Assembly: GCA_900552235.1 (NCBI GenBank)
Contig: URYZ01000001.1
Span: 177 to 64,176 of the forward strand
Source: an uncultured Mycoplasmatota bacterium
Lineage (GTDB): Bacteria > Bacillota_I > Bacilli_A > RF39 > UBA660
DNA: 64,000 nt
Direction of reading: 5' to 3'
Both the position numbers and the translations under genes were made by a program. Shown here piece by piece: positions 18,938-29,449 of the stretch (position 1 is its first letter; the number at the start of each line of letters is the position of its first letter). Under the pieces are notes generated by a model. It was not told the origin of the DNA, did not search any database, and saw only the letters and a program-made list of their open reading frames with translations.

Positions 18938-19948
18938 TTATTTGAGTTTTTCAATTGCTTCATCAAAGGTAGAGGCTTTAATTATTTCAATATCATAGTT
19001 ATATCTATTTTTTAATTCCATGACTTCATCATAATTTTCATAAGGACATATAAAAATATCTGCCTTAGCTTTAACGGCTCCTTTTAGTTTATATTTAACT
19101 CCACCGATTTCACCAACATTACCATCTGCATCAATTGTACCTGTTCCCACTATTTTTCTACCCTTAGTTATATCTTCATCAACTAATTTATTATAAATAC
19201 TTAAAGTAAACATAAGTCCACCACTTGGTCCACTTTCTTTATTTCCAAATTTTAAAGAAACGTCATTACTAACATCATAATCATATATGGTAATAATTGA
19301 TACACCAAGTTTAACTTCATTATTAAGAAGAATAAGTTTAGAATTAACATCTATTTCTTTATTATTTCTTTTTACAGTTACTGTTATTAAATCATTTTCT
19401 TTGTAATTTAATAAAACCTTTTTAACATCATCTAAATTATATACTTTAATATTATTTATTTTTAATATTTCATCTTGAACTTTTAAATTACTATTACTAT
19501 TCTCATCAATATAAGTTACATACATACTAGAATTAACAATATTAACTTGCCTATTTGCTTTTTGATATGCTAATCTTATTGAAGAACTTATTGATTCTTT
19601 AAAATATAGTTTATTTCTAAAATTATAATCATCAATTGTTTCATTATCATATACTATTTCTTCATTCTTTTCTAAATCTATGTCTTTTATTATTTTTCCA
19701 AGAGTATACGTTAAAACATTTCCTTTAGCCTGTTTTACATAAGCACTGTTAAAACTACCATCTTTTTTTCTTTCATTTAAAACGCTTATTTTTTTATCTA
19801 TATTAATTGTACCTCCCGTTGGAAAAGTAACTGTATAATCAACTGGAATTAATAAAATAAGCATAATTACTATTGGTAAGAAAAAAGATATTACTTCTTT
19901 AGGATTTTTAAAAAAATCTTTAATATTTTTTTTTATTTTTTGTATCAT
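18938..19948 (-). CDS. ylbL: PDZ-domain Lon-like S16 protease (YlbL/SepM family)
   Basis: It has an N-terminal TM helix, a PDZ domain and a Lon C-terminal proteolytic region GPSGGLMFTLSIYNKL...GTGTIDADGNVGEIGGVKYK. Confidence 0.75.
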   Translation of the reverse strand: MIQKIKKNIKDFFKNPKEVISFFLPIVIMLILLIPVDYTVTFPTGGTINIDKKISVLNERKKDGSFNSAYVKQAKGNVLTYTLGKIIKDIDLEKNEEIVYDNETIDDYNFRNKLYFKESISSSIRLAYQKANRQVNIVNSSMYVTYIDENSNSNLKVQDEILKINNIKVYNLDDVKKVLLNYKENDLITVTVKRNNKEIDVNSKLILLNNEVKLGVSIITIYDYDVSNDVSLKFGNKESGPSGGLMFTLSIYNKLVDEDITKGRKIVGTGTIDADGNVGEIGGVKYKLKGAVKAKADIFICPYENYDEVMELKNRYNYDIEIIKASTFDEAIEKLK

Positions 19949-19992
19949 ATTCTGTCTCCTTAATATAATTATAACAGGAAAGAAGGATTTTT

Positions 19993-20952
19993 ATGAAAAA
20001 AAAGATATTTTGTTTTCTTATTGTCAGTTTTTTACTAGTTATTACTTTTAGTATTTTTTCTTATTCTAAAGAAATTAATGATACGATAAGTTTAAGTATT
20101 AATCTTTTTATTAAAAATGTCTTCCCTAGCTTATTTCCTATGTTTGTTATTTCAAATCTTCTGGTATCTATTAAAACTCCTAAATTTTTAGGTAATATTT
20201 TTAAAGATATATTTTATAAATTATTTAAAGTAAAAGGTGAAGGAAGTTTTGTTTTTTTTATGAGTATGATAAGTGGCTTTCCTAGTTCTTCAATTTATGT
20301 AAAAGATTTATTAGATAAAAAACTAATTGATATTTATGATGCTTCAAAAATATTAACTTTTACTTTCTTTTCTAATCCTTTATTTATTATAAATACTGTA
20401 GGTGTTATGTTTTTAAATAACAAAGTTTTTGGTTTTTATATTTTAATATCTCACATTATAAGTAATATTTTAACAGGAATACTATTTAGAAATATATATG
20501 AACCTATTAATAATGTTAAAAATATCAGTTTAAAAAATTCAATAAAAGATTTTTATTATGATATTAATAATACAAAAATATTTAAAGAATTATTAAATGG
20601 CATTAAAAAATCTTTAAATATTTTAATTAATATATTTGGTATCATTACTTGTTTTTTAATTATAACAAAAATTGTTACTTTAAAACTCAATTTAAATCCT
20701 TTTATTTCAAGTGTTTTATCTGGTATTTTAGAAATGACTACAGGACTTAAAAGTATAACAAGTCTTAATATAGCAGAAGAAACAAAACTTCTAATATCAA
20801 CATTTTTTATATCTTTTGGAGGATTAAGCGTCCATGCTCAAATATTTAGTATGTTAGATGATTATAAAGTAAATTATTTTCTTTTTCTAATATCAAGACT
20901 TATCCATGCTTCATTAAGTGTCTTTATTTGTTTATTTCTTTATAAATTATAA
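19993..20952 (+). CDS. YlbJ-like integral membrane protein (nucleoside-recognition/Gate-domain family)
   Basis: It is a polytopic membrane protein adjacent to ylbL, as in B. subtilis ylbJ-ylbL. Similarity is judged only from context and topology. Confidence 0.4.
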   Translation: MKKKIFCFLIVSFLLVITFSIFSYSKEINDTISLSINLFIKNVFPSLFPMFVISNLLVSIKTPKFLGNIFKDIFYKLFKVKGEGSFVFFMSMISGFPSSSIYVKDLLDKKLIDIYDASKILTFTFFSNPLFIINTVGVMFLNNKVFGFYILISHIISNILTGILFRNIYEPINNVKNISLKNSIKDFYYDINNTKIFKELLNGIKKSLNILINIFGIITCFLIITKIVTLKLNLNPFISSVLSGILEMTTGLKSITSLNIAEETKLLISTFFISFGGLSVHAQIFSMLDDYKVNYFLFLISRLIHASLSVFICLFLYKL

Positions 20953-21512
20953 GGATAGATTATTTTAAATCCTAAATTATATTTTGAAATATTTTCATAA
21001 AATTCTTTTTCAAAATCTTCATTAATTAATATTTCATCTAAAATAACTGTTTTAAAATATGGAACATCTATTATTAAATAATTATCTTCTTCTTTTATAC
21101 TAACACATGAATTATTACGTTCATTATCATAATTATTTAAAAAATTAACTTCCATACTGTATGGCAAAACATATTTATAACCATTAAATTCTATTTGTTT
21201 TGCTAATAAATCTATTTCAAATTTAGTTTTAGTATCATCTTTAAAAGTTATTTCTTTACAAATACTTGATGATGTACTACAATCAGTCATACTTTTATAA
21301 CCTTTTGTTAGCATTGTTTTATGAAAATCTTTATATAAATCATTTTTAAACTCTACTACTTTTTTCTCTTCCAATTTTTGATTTGCTAAAGATCTTATTT
21401 CATTAACAACATTTAACATTCCTATTGCTATTACCATAAGGAGTGTAAATGAGATAATTAATTCTACAATAGTTATTCCTTTATTATTTAATTTTTTCAT
21501 ATTACGCCTCAC
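20940..21512 (-). CDS. Prepilin-type (type IV pilin/ComG-like) minor pseudopilin
   Basis: The N-terminus KGITIVELIISFTLLMVIAIG gives a G-(I/F)-T-x-x-E prepilin peptidase site followed by a hydrophobic helix. Confidence 0.55.
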   Translation of the reverse strand: MRRNMKKLNNKGITIVELIISFTLLMVIAIGMLNVVNEIRSLANQKLEEKKVVEFKNDLYKDFHKTMLTKGYKSMTDCSTSSSICKEITFKDDTKTKFEIDLLAKQIEFNGYKYVLPYSMEVNFLNNYDNERNNSCVSIKEEDNYLIIDVPYFKTVILDEILINEDFEKEFYENISKYNLGFKIIYPYNL

Positions 21513-22458
21513 AATCTACAGAAAAGTTTGATATATCAATGGTGTTTTCTTTTCTTGTTCTATATTTATATCCATGAAGTCTACCTTCACATTTATTATT
21601 TCCTTCTGACATGCAAACCATTTCAGGATCACTTGTAAAAGTATTTTTTCTATAAAAAGTCCCTGTTTCTTGTTCACAAGTATCACTAACAACACAAGGT
21701 GTTTCTGTATATTCGCTCCATGTATCATTTATTTTTGTACGATATAAAGTTGTTACTGTTTCACAAAGATTTGGATTATCATCATTTACTTCACATACTT
21801 TCTCTCTAGTCCAAGGACCTATATTTATATATAATTGATTAACTTTTTCACACACACCCTCTTCTACATTACAGGGTTTAAAAGTGTAATTCCAATTACC
21901 ATAAATATATTTATTACATTTTTTTGAATAAAAATTACTGTTAGCGTACCCATAATCTGTTTTAATTATTAATCTATAAAGTTCATCATCACTATTGTAA
22001 TTTGGAATATAACTAATATATTTAGAAAGTCTTTCATCTGTAAAAGAAGATGTTTTTATTTTTTCAGGATTATATGATGTCAAAATAAGCGTTTTTATAT
22101 TAAACTTTTTAGCATTAATATTACATTTATTTAAAAATTCATTACTAAAATTATAATTATTACAAGTACCATTTTCAATTAATGTTACATAATTATTATT
22201 TGAAACATTTGTAAGTAAATTATTTTTAGTTGTAGTATTTGCTTTTAAATACTTTAGATACATTACTCTTGTGTAAAATAATGCATACTCTGTATCAATA
22301 TTATTATAGTAAAGTCTATTTTCATATTCTCCAATATTAGGATAAAAATTTGAATACACCGCGATAAATAAAACAAGTATTGCTACACTTACAACCATTA
22401 ATTCAGTTAACATAAAACCCTTATTATTTTTTTTCATAAAAAACTTCTCCTCAGTCAC
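21502..22458 (-). CDS. Prepilin-type pseudopilin with a Cys-rich C-terminal domain
   Basis: KGFMLTELMVVSVAILVLFIAV is a prepilin cleavage/methylation motif. The C-terminal 150 aa contain 12 Cys. Confidence 0.55.
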   Translation of the reverse strand: MTEEKFFMKKNNKGFMLTELMVVSVAILVLFIAVYSNFYPNIGEYENRLYYNNIDTEYALFYTRVMYLKYLKANTTTKNNLLTNVSNNNYVTLIENGTCNNYNFSNEFLNKCNINAKKFNIKTLILTSYNPEKIKTSSFTDERLSKYISYIPNYNSDDELYRLIIKTDYGYANSNFYSKKCNKYIYGNWNYTFKPCNVEEGVCEKVNQLYINIGPWTREKVCEVNDDNPNLCETVTTLYRTKINDTWSEYTETPCVVSDTCEQETGTFYRKNTFTSDPEMVCMSEGNNKCEGRLHGYKYRTRKENTIDISNFSVDCEA

Positions 22459-22533
22459 TTGATTATATTACAATATTATTATATAATATTTTTATAGTAA
22501 AAGTAAATAAAAAGAATAAAAGAGGAAGATATT

Positions 22534-24036
22534 ATGAGAGAATTTGATTTTACAAGTACACCAATTGTAAATATTGTAAATGACATTATTATTGATGCAG
22601 TTAATAAAAACGCCAGTGATATTCACTTCGATCCACATGAAAAATTTTTAAAAATTAGAGTTCGTGTCGATGGTGATTTACAAGATTATTCAATCGTAGA
22701 TAATAAATATAAAAGAAATTTAATAACTAGAGTAAAATTACTTTCAGGAATGAATATAACTGAATCAAGACTTCCTCAAGATGGTGCGATAAAAAGTAAT
22801 ATTAATGGAAAAGATTTAGACCTTCGTGTATCATGCTTACCTACTAATTTAGGGGAAAAAGTTGTTATAAGAATTCTTGATTATACAATGAGTTTTGAAG
22901 GTCTTGAAAAATTAGGATTTTCTAAAACAAATTACGAACATATTTTAAAAATGATTTCCAATCCAAATGGTATTGTATTAGTAACTGGTGCGACTGGTAG
23001 TGGTAAATCAACAACTGTTTACTCAATGTTACAAAAACTTAATAGAGAGGAAACAAATATAATTACTGTTGAAGACCCAGTTGAAATGAATATTGAAGGT
23101 GTAAACCAAATTCAAGTTAATAGTGATATTGGTTTAACTTTCGCTAATGTTTTAAGATCTATTTTAAGACAGGACCCAAATATTATATTAATCGGAGAAA
23201 TAAGAGATAGTGAAACTGCTAAAATAGCTATTAGAGCATCAATTACAGGACACTTAGTTTTATCAACACTTCATACCAATAATTCTTTAAACACTATTGA
23301 AAGACTTTTAGATATGGATGTTGAAAGATACCTACTTTCTTCTTCCTTAAAAGGAATTATATCTCAAAGTTTGGCTAAAAGACTATGTCCACATTGCAAA
23401 AAACTTGTTCCCACAACAGACTGGGAAAAACAAATATTTAGAAAATCATTAGGCATTGAAGTTAATGAAACATATAAAGCAATTGGTTGTGATAAATGCC
23501 ATAAAGGTTATAAAGGAAGAATAGCAATTCAAGAAGTTTTATATATTAATGAAGAAATAAGAAACGCTATTAATGAATCTAAACCTCGTGAAGAATTGCA
23601 TAAAATGATTTATAAACAAGGAACTTTAACAATTTTCCAAGATGGTCTTATGAAAGTACTTGATGGCATTACAACAATTGAAGAAATATTTAGAATTGTT
23701 GATGAAGATGATGATATTTATAGCAATGCTAAAGTTAAAAAACTCGAAGAAGAAAATCCTACGGAACAAAAAGTTACTAAAATAGAAAGAATACCTTTAG
23801 AAGAACAGAATAAAGATAATATAAAAAAACCTGAGATTATTAATAACAAAACACTTGATAAAGAAAAACAAAATGATAGTGATTTCAATTTAGATAACTT
23901 TATTAATGAAGATAATAAAGTTAATGAAGATAATAAAGTTAATGAATTTAATTTAGATAATTTCATTAACAAGGAAAAAGAAAAAACAGGAAATGATTTT
24001 ACACAAGATTTAATTAATTTAATAAATAACAATTAA
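22534..24036 (+). CDS. comGA: Type II/IV secretion-system ATPase (ComGA/PilB/GspE family) with a low-complexity repetitive C-terminal tail
   Basis: Walker A VTGATGSGKSTT, the Asp box, His box, and a tetracysteine motif CPHCKK...CDKCHKG are present. The tail is NLDNFINEDNKVNEDNKVNEFNLDNFINKEKEK, encoded by tandem 18-21 nt repeats at about 23880-23990. The gene is divergent from the two pseudopilin genes. Confidence 0.8.
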   Translation: MREFDFTSTPIVNIVNDIIIDAVNKNASDIHFDPHEKFLKIRVRVDGDLQDYSIVDNKYKRNLITRVKLLSGMNITESRLPQDGAIKSNINGKDLDLRVSCLPTNLGEKVVIRILDYTMSFEGLEKLGFSKTNYEHILKMISNPNGIVLVTGATGSGKSTTVYSMLQKLNREETNIITVEDPVEMNIEGVNQIQVNSDIGLTFANVLRSILRQDPNIILIGEIRDSETAKIAIRASITGHLVLSTLHTNNSLNTIERLLDMDVERYLLSSSLKGIISQSLAKRLCPHCKKLVPTTDWEKQIFRKSLGIEVNETYKAIGCDKCHKGYKGRIAIQEVLYINEEIRNAINESKPREELHKMIYKQGTLTIFQDGLMKVLDGITTIEEIFRIVDEDDDIYSNAKVKKLEEENPTEQKVTKIERIPLEEQNKDNIKKPEIINNKTLDKEKQNDSDFNLDNFINEDNKVNEDNKVNEFNLDNFINKEKEKTGNDFTQDLINLINNN

Positions 24037-24060
24037 AGATCAAGAAATTCTTGATCTTTT

Positions 24061-24351
24061 TTAATATTTACTTATATATTCGTTATATCCCCCTAAACAA
24101 TTAACTACATTATATCCTCTATTAGCAAGTGTTGTACATACTCTTGCACTTTGAAGACCTTTACTACAATAAACATAATAAGTTTCATCTTGTTTTAAAT
24201 AATCTTCAGGATTAGTAAGTAAAAAGTTCATAGGGATATTTCTAGAAGTTGGAATAGATCCTAATTTATATAAATAGTTATCTCTTATATCTATTATATT
24301 AACACGACCTATCATCTTTTTTAAATCACTAGTTGGTATACTTGAAAGCAT
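24061..24351 (-). CDS. Single-domain rhodanese-like sulfurtransferase
   Basis: 96 aa. The active-site loop is YVYCSKGLQSARV, and the rhodanese fold motifs IIDIRD...GSIPTSRNIP are present. Confidence 0.8.
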   Translation of the reverse strand: MLSSIPTSDLKKMIGRVNIIDIRDNYLYKLGSIPTSRNIPMNFLLTNPEDYLKQDETYYVYCSKGLQSARVCTTLANRGYNVVNCLGGYNEYISKY

Positions 24352-24508
24352 AACCTTCCCTCCTGATTTATTATATGAAAATAGATTTTCTTTAATAATT
24401 ATATATATACCAAAAAATAATAACTATAATTTATAAGATTCGTTACATTATTACAAACAAAATATAAATATTTTCATAAAGTATACTACATGTTAATGGA
24501 GGTATAAT

Positions 24509-25047
24509 ATGAACTTTAATGAAGATAATGATATTTATTTTAGAAAAAAACTATTAGAACTTGGCTTTTTCCTAGACCTGGTAGAACAAGATTAACTGGT
24601 CCGACTGGTTCTATTTATAACTCTCCTACTAGTTACGATAGTGTTTTGTTTATAAGTTTTGCCCAAGCCAACTATTCAAGAATTATGGCTTTCCAAGATT
24701 ATATAGAAATACCTAATAATAACGAAGTTTTTACTATAGGAAATGACGAAGTTGACATTTTACAAAAAGGTGTTTATGAAATAACATTCTGTGGACAAAT
24801 AACTGGAGTAGATCAAAACCATGGAGCAATATTTTATTTAACTGAAAAAAGTGGTGCTGTTGTTAAACATTTATCTTTTGAACTAAAAAGTGGAACAACT
24901 AATCGTATGGATTGTTCTGAAACAATTATTACAGAATTTGAAAATCCCACTACTCTTCTTGTAAGATGTGGTATCATCGGTGATAGTAGTACTGCTAATA
25001 TTGATTTTGCTAATGTAAATTTAATTATCAAAAAATATAATGTATAA
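24509..25047 (+). pseudogene. Small beta-rich protein (possible C1q/BclA-C-terminal-like jelly roll), interrupted by an A7 tract and needing a -1 or +1A frameshift
   Basis: GGAGGT-N5-ATG sits at 24509, and frame 1 reads MNFNEDNDIYFRKK then stops. After the A7 run (24544-24550), frame 2 continues TIRTWLFPRPGRTRLTGPTGSIYNS...ITFCGQITGV...LLVRCGIIGDSSTANIDFANVNLIIKKYNV. The listed track ORF 24646..25047 is its TTG-started C-terminal part. Confidence 0.4.
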
Positions 25048-25085
25048 AACTTATTTTAACGCCTATAATTTACTGAGGTGTTATT

Positions 25086-26060
25086 TTGAAAAAAATATTA
25101 ATTTTATTTGGTGGAAATTCTTATGAACATTTAGTTTCATGTAAATCTGCCAAAACAATAATGGAAAACATTGATAAGAAAAAATATGATGTCACTTTAG
25201 TAGGCATAACAAAAAGTAATACATGGTATATTTATAATGATTTATTAAAATATTTAGATAATGAATTATGGTATACAAAAAATGTTATAAAAATAGATAA
25301 TATTATTTCATTTTTAAAAACATTTGATAAAGTATTTCCTATCATACATGGCAATCCTTTAGAAAATGGTAATCTTCAAGGTTTATTAAACATGTTTAAT
25401 ATTAAATATGTAGGAAGTAATTTAGAAGAATCAAGTATCTGTTATGACAAAGAAATTACTAAAATTATTTTAAACAACTATAATATTAATCAAGTTCCAT
25501 ATAAAGTAATTTTAAATAAAAAAGATGATTTAAAGCTTAATTTTGATTTTCCTGTTATTGTAAAACCATCAAGGTGTGGTTCTTCAATTGGAATAAATAT
25601 AGCTTATAATAATAAAGAATTAAAAAAATATATAAAAGAAGCTTTCAAATATGATAATAAAGTAATTGTTGAAAAATATATAAAAGATAATTTAGAACTA
25701 GAATGTTCCATCTTAGAAAATAAAAAACTTTTAGTATCAACTGTAGGTATGATAAAACCTATAAATAAATTTTATGATTACGAAGCTAAATATGAAAAAA
25801 CATCTAACCTTATAATACCTGCTTTAATAAATAAAGAACTAGAAAAAGAAATAAAAATGTTATCTTTTAAAATATTTAAAATTTTAAATTTAAAAAATTT
25901 AGCAAGAATAGACTTTTTATATGATAATTCAGCCAACAAACTATATTTTAATGAAGTAAATACAATGCCAGGTTTTACAAATATTTCAATGTTTCCTTCT
26001 TTATTTAATTATGATAATATAAATATAAAAGAATTAATCTCTATTTTAATAGAAAATTAA
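25086..26060 (+). CDS. ddl: D-alanine--D-alanine ligase (ATP-grasp), TTG start
   Basis: MKKILILFGGNSYEHLVSCKSAKTI... is followed by an ATP-grasp C-terminal half (ARIDFLYD...NEVNTMPGFT). Confidence 0.85.
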   Translation: MKKILILFGGNSYEHLVSCKSAKTIMENIDKKKYDVTLVGITKSNTWYIYNDLLKYLDNELWYTKNVIKIDNIISFLKTFDKVFPIIHGNPLENGNLQGLLNMFNIKYVGSNLEESSICYDKEITKIILNNYNINQVPYKVILNKKDDLKLNFDFPVIVKPSRCGSSIGINIAYNNKELKKYIKEAFKYDNKVIVEKYIKDNLELECSILENKKLLVSTVGMIKPINKFYDYEAKYEKTSNLIIPALINKELEKEIKMLSFKIFKILNLKNLARIDFLYDNSANKLYFNEVNTMPGFTNISMFPSLFNYDNINIKELISILIEN

Positions 26061-26072
26061 TTCTTTTATTTT

Positions 26073-26918
26073 TTATAAATGAAGTGCCTTTTTAGGACAA
26101 TTATTAACACAATTTAAACATAATATACATTCTGTTTTATTTTTACCACTTCTTTTAGGATCAAGTATATCAACATTCATTGGACAATTTCTTAAACATT
26201 TTTTACATGAAATACATTTTGCTTTATCACACTTTACTCTCATAAAAGAATAATAACTAAATGGTTTTAAAAATATTGTGATTGGACAAATATATTTACA
26301 AAATGCCCTATTATCTTTTAGAATAAATGCTAAAACAATACCTACAGTATAATAAATAACATTTCCAACAATAAATGATATAAACATAATTTTATCTAAG
26401 TTTTTAACATGAAAAATAAATAATAAACTTACAAACACTAATGATAAAATAAACATTATATATCTAATAAATCCTATTTTCTTTCTAGGATTATTGTTAA
26501 CTTTATATGGTAATAAATCTAAAATCATACCAGTCCAACAAGCATATCCGCACCATCCTCTTCCAAAGAATAATGGTCCAAGTATTTTAGCTACTAAATA
26601 GTGAATAACTGCAGCTTCAAATACTCCAAGAAACAAATAATACCAAAAACCTTCAATTTGCATATTTTCTCTTGAGATAATACCTAAATAAACAAGCATA
26701 TAAAGTCCTACAGAAAACTGAACAACATTTCTAGCATATTTATATTTTTTAGAGTATAAATATACTCCTGATACTATACAAGTTCCTATATAAATAAAAT
26801 TAAATAAATAAAACTTGTTTTTTGTAAAATAATATAATAATACTGCTATAGTAACAAATATTAACCATATTATTATTAATTGATAATTATTTTTAAACCA
26901 TTTTTTCAATTTATTCAC
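26073..26918 (-). CDS. Polytopic membrane 4Fe-4S ferredoxin-type protein (NapH/MauN-like)
   Basis: It has 6-7 TM helices plus a C-terminal CxxCxxCxxxCP (CISCKKCLRNCP) and CILCLNCVNNCP, with CGYACWTG and CKYICP motifs. Confidence 0.55.
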   Translation of the reverse strand: MNKLKKWFKNNYQLIIIWLIFVTIAVLLYYFTKNKFYLFNFIYIGTCIVSGVYLYSKKYKYARNVVQFSVGLYMLVYLGIISRENMQIEGFWYYLFLGVFEAAVIHYLVAKILGPLFFGRGWCGYACWTGMILDLLPYKVNNNPRKKIGFIRYIMFILSLVFVSLLFIFHVKNLDKIMFISFIVGNVIYYTVGIVLAFILKDNRAFCKYICPITIFLKPFSYYSFMRVKCDKAKCISCKKCLRNCPMNVDILDPKRSGKNKTECILCLNCVNNCPKKALHL

Positions 26919-27998
26919 CTACTTCATTGAAATACTATCATTTAACAAGATAACACCATATATAAATAAAACATCTTTATTTTTAAAATCTATATAATTA
27001 TTTAATATTTTTGGTGAAATATATCTTGTATCTACAACAGTTATTTTCTTATAACCATTAATAAATAATGGTATTAAACTACTTCCATAAGAATCTCTAA
27101 ACACAATTAATTCTTTAGAAGAAGTACTATTTTCATTTACAATATCAATTAAAGATACTGCACCAGATAAATAAGTATCATATTTATCTAAGGAATTTAA
27201 TTTATTTAAATTATAAACACTTTCCTTTTTAGAAGTTTCATAATTATAAACATAACTATTACTAATAACGTCATTTGTTAATATTTTTATGTAATCTTTT
27301 TCAGTTTTAACAGGTAATTGATAATAATAAACTCCTTTAAATTCATCAAGTGTTTTAACATCATAACTAGAAGTAGCAAAATCCATTTTACCAGAAAAAT
27401 AATTTGCTACTTTTTCTAAAGACTCCTGTTTCCAATGTGTATCTGTTTTATAATAATCTTCTAAAGTTAACAAAGGAAATATATTTATATAATTTAATGA
27501 AGATAATCTATCTTTCATAATTTGTTGTAATTTATCATAATCAAGTTTTAAATTATTTTTATTTATAAAATAATTCTTATCTGGTATTATTGAATAATAA
27601 ACTCTAGAAGTTTCATCTAAATAATTATTTTTTATATAATTAATTTTATTAGTTACTCTAACAATAGATTTTTCATTTAAAGGATATGTATTAGATATAA
27701 TATAATCGTTATATAAATATAAATTATTATAATTAGCTTTTGTTTTAAGTTCAATTTTAGCTTTTAATAATCTAAACTCATCTCTTTTTATAAATTGATC
27801 TGTTGTATATTTATCAAATTTTTCAAAAAATGATTTATCTAATAAAGTAGTTAATGTTAATTTAGGGAATTGTTCTAGTTTTCTTCTTTCACTTATAGAT
27901 ATTTCATTATCTTTAGTGAATATATTAATAAACATAAGACCTATAATTAATCCTAAAAATAAAATACTCACAATAATATTTTTTAATTTATCGTTCAT
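26919..27998 (-). CDS. AlgJ/AlgX-like (DHHW-family) membrane-anchored O-acyltransferase partner protein
   Basis: It has an N-terminal signal anchor and a DTHW signature (YKTDTHWKQES). It is adjacent to the MBOAT gene. Confidence 0.55.
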   Translation of the reverse strand: MNDKLKNIIVSILFLGLIIGLMFINIFTKDNEISISERRKLEQFPKLTLTTLLDKSFFEKFDKYTTDQFIKRDEFRLLKAKIELKTKANYNNLYLYNDYIISNTYPLNEKSIVRVTNKINYIKNNYLDETSRVYYSIIPDKNYFINKNNLKLDYDKLQQIMKDRLSSLNYINIFPLLTLEDYYKTDTHWKQESLEKVANYFSGKMDFATSSYDVKTLDEFKGVYYYQLPVKTEKDYIKILTNDVISNSYVYNYETSKKESVYNLNKLNSLDKYDTYLSGAVSLIDIVNENSTSSKELIVFRDSYGSSLIPLFINGYKKITVVDTRYISPKILNNYIDFKNKDVLFIYGVILLNDSISMK

Positions 27999-28010
27999 AA
28001 AAGTCCTCCT

Positions 28011-29402
28011 TTAAAATCTAAAATATAAAAATGGATTATAAGAACTATCTATTAAATATGCTGTTACAAGAAGAAGTAATATTATTAAAAATATTGGTTC
28101 TAAAACATTTATAATTTTATTTAAACATTTACTTTTCTTTAATTTTTCTATTATATTTTTAAATAAAGGAGTTGCTCCGAAAATTGCTATAATTAAAACT
28201 ATTAAATAACTTTTTAAATAATAAATTGTATAATTATTTATAAATACTTCTTTATTTAATCCAAATAAACCTTTTATATTGAAAAATGCTTCATTTATAC
28301 TTCCGGCGTTAAACATTATAAAACTAATCATAATAATAAATAAAACATAAATATTTCTTAGAAATTTAGGTAATTTAGAAATATATTTACTTAACCATAA
28401 TTTTTCTATTACAAGAAAAACTCCGATAAATAATCCCCATAGAATAAAATTATATGCTGCACCATGCCATATTCCTGTAAGAAACCAGACAATTAAAATA
28501 TTTCTAACTAATTTAAGTGTTCCTTTTCTACTTCCTCCAAGAGGAATATATACATAATCTTTAAACCATGAACTTAAAGATATATGCCATCTACGCCAAA
28601 ATTCTGTTATACTTTTAGAAATAAATGGATAATTAAAGTTTTCTAAAAAAGTAAAACCAAACATTTTTCCAAGACCAATAGCCATATCACTATAAGCAGA
28701 AAAATCAAAATAAACTTGTAACATATAACTTATTGCAAAAATCCAATAAAATAAAACACTTCTTTCATCAACTAAACTAAATTTCGTACACAATTCTCCA
28801 AGCATATTAGCTATAAGTACTTTTTTAGCTAGTCCAATTATAAACCTTCTTACTCCTAAAGAAAACTTTTCAATTGTTTCATCTCTATTATCTAATTCAT
28901 CACAAATTGTTTCATATCTAACAATAGGACCTGCGATTAACTGAGGGAATAAAGACACATAAGTTGCTAGTTTTAAAATATTTTTTTGGACTTTTACTTT
29001 TCCTCGATAAACATCTATTACATAACTAAGTATTTGAAAAGTATAAAAAGATATTCCTATAGGAAGTGCAATATTCAAAAAACTAATATTGGATTTAAAT
29101 ATTGAATTAATCGTGCCAATAAAAAGATCTGTATATTTAAATACACAAAGAAGCCCGATATGTATAATTATGGTTATTAAAAAAATCTCTTTACTTTTAT
29201 ATTTATCTATTAATAAAGCATCAAAATACGCTACAAGAATCTCTACTAACATTAAAATAACATATTTAGGTTCACCATACATATAAAAAATAATAGAAAA
29301 TATAAGTAAAATATAATTTCTATATTTTTTAGGTGTTATAAAATATAATATTATTATCGTGGGTAAAAAATAATATAAAAAACTTATACTTGTAAATAAC
29401 AT
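28011..29402 (-). CDS. MBOAT-family membrane O-acyltransferase (AlgI/DltB-like)
   Basis: It is polytopic, with the conserved FWRRWHISLSSWFKDYVYIPLGGSRKG and the catalytic His region. Confidence 0.8.
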   Translation of the reverse strand: MLFTSISFLYYFLPTIIILYFITPKKYRNYILLIFSIIFYMYGEPKYVILMLVEILVAYFDALLIDKYKSKEIFLITIIIHIGLLCVFKYTDLFIGTINSIFKSNISFLNIALPIGISFYTFQILSYVIDVYRGKVKVQKNILKLATYVSLFPQLIAGPIVRYETICDELDNRDETIEKFSLGVRRFIIGLAKKVLIANMLGELCTKFSLVDERSVLFYWIFAISYMLQVYFDFSAYSDMAIGLGKMFGFTFLENFNYPFISKSITEFWRRWHISLSSWFKDYVYIPLGGSRKGTLKLVRNILIVWFLTGIWHGAAYNFILWGLFIGVFLVIEKLWLSKYISKLPKFLRNIYVLFIIMISFIMFNAGSINEAFFNIKGLFGLNKEVFINNYTIYYLKSYLIVLIIAIFGATPLFKNIIEKLKKSKCLNKIINVLEPIFLIILLLLVTAYLIDSSYNPFLYFRF

Positions 29403-29449
29403 AATTTCCTCCTTATAAATAAAGCACCAAATAAATGGTGTTTTATTTT

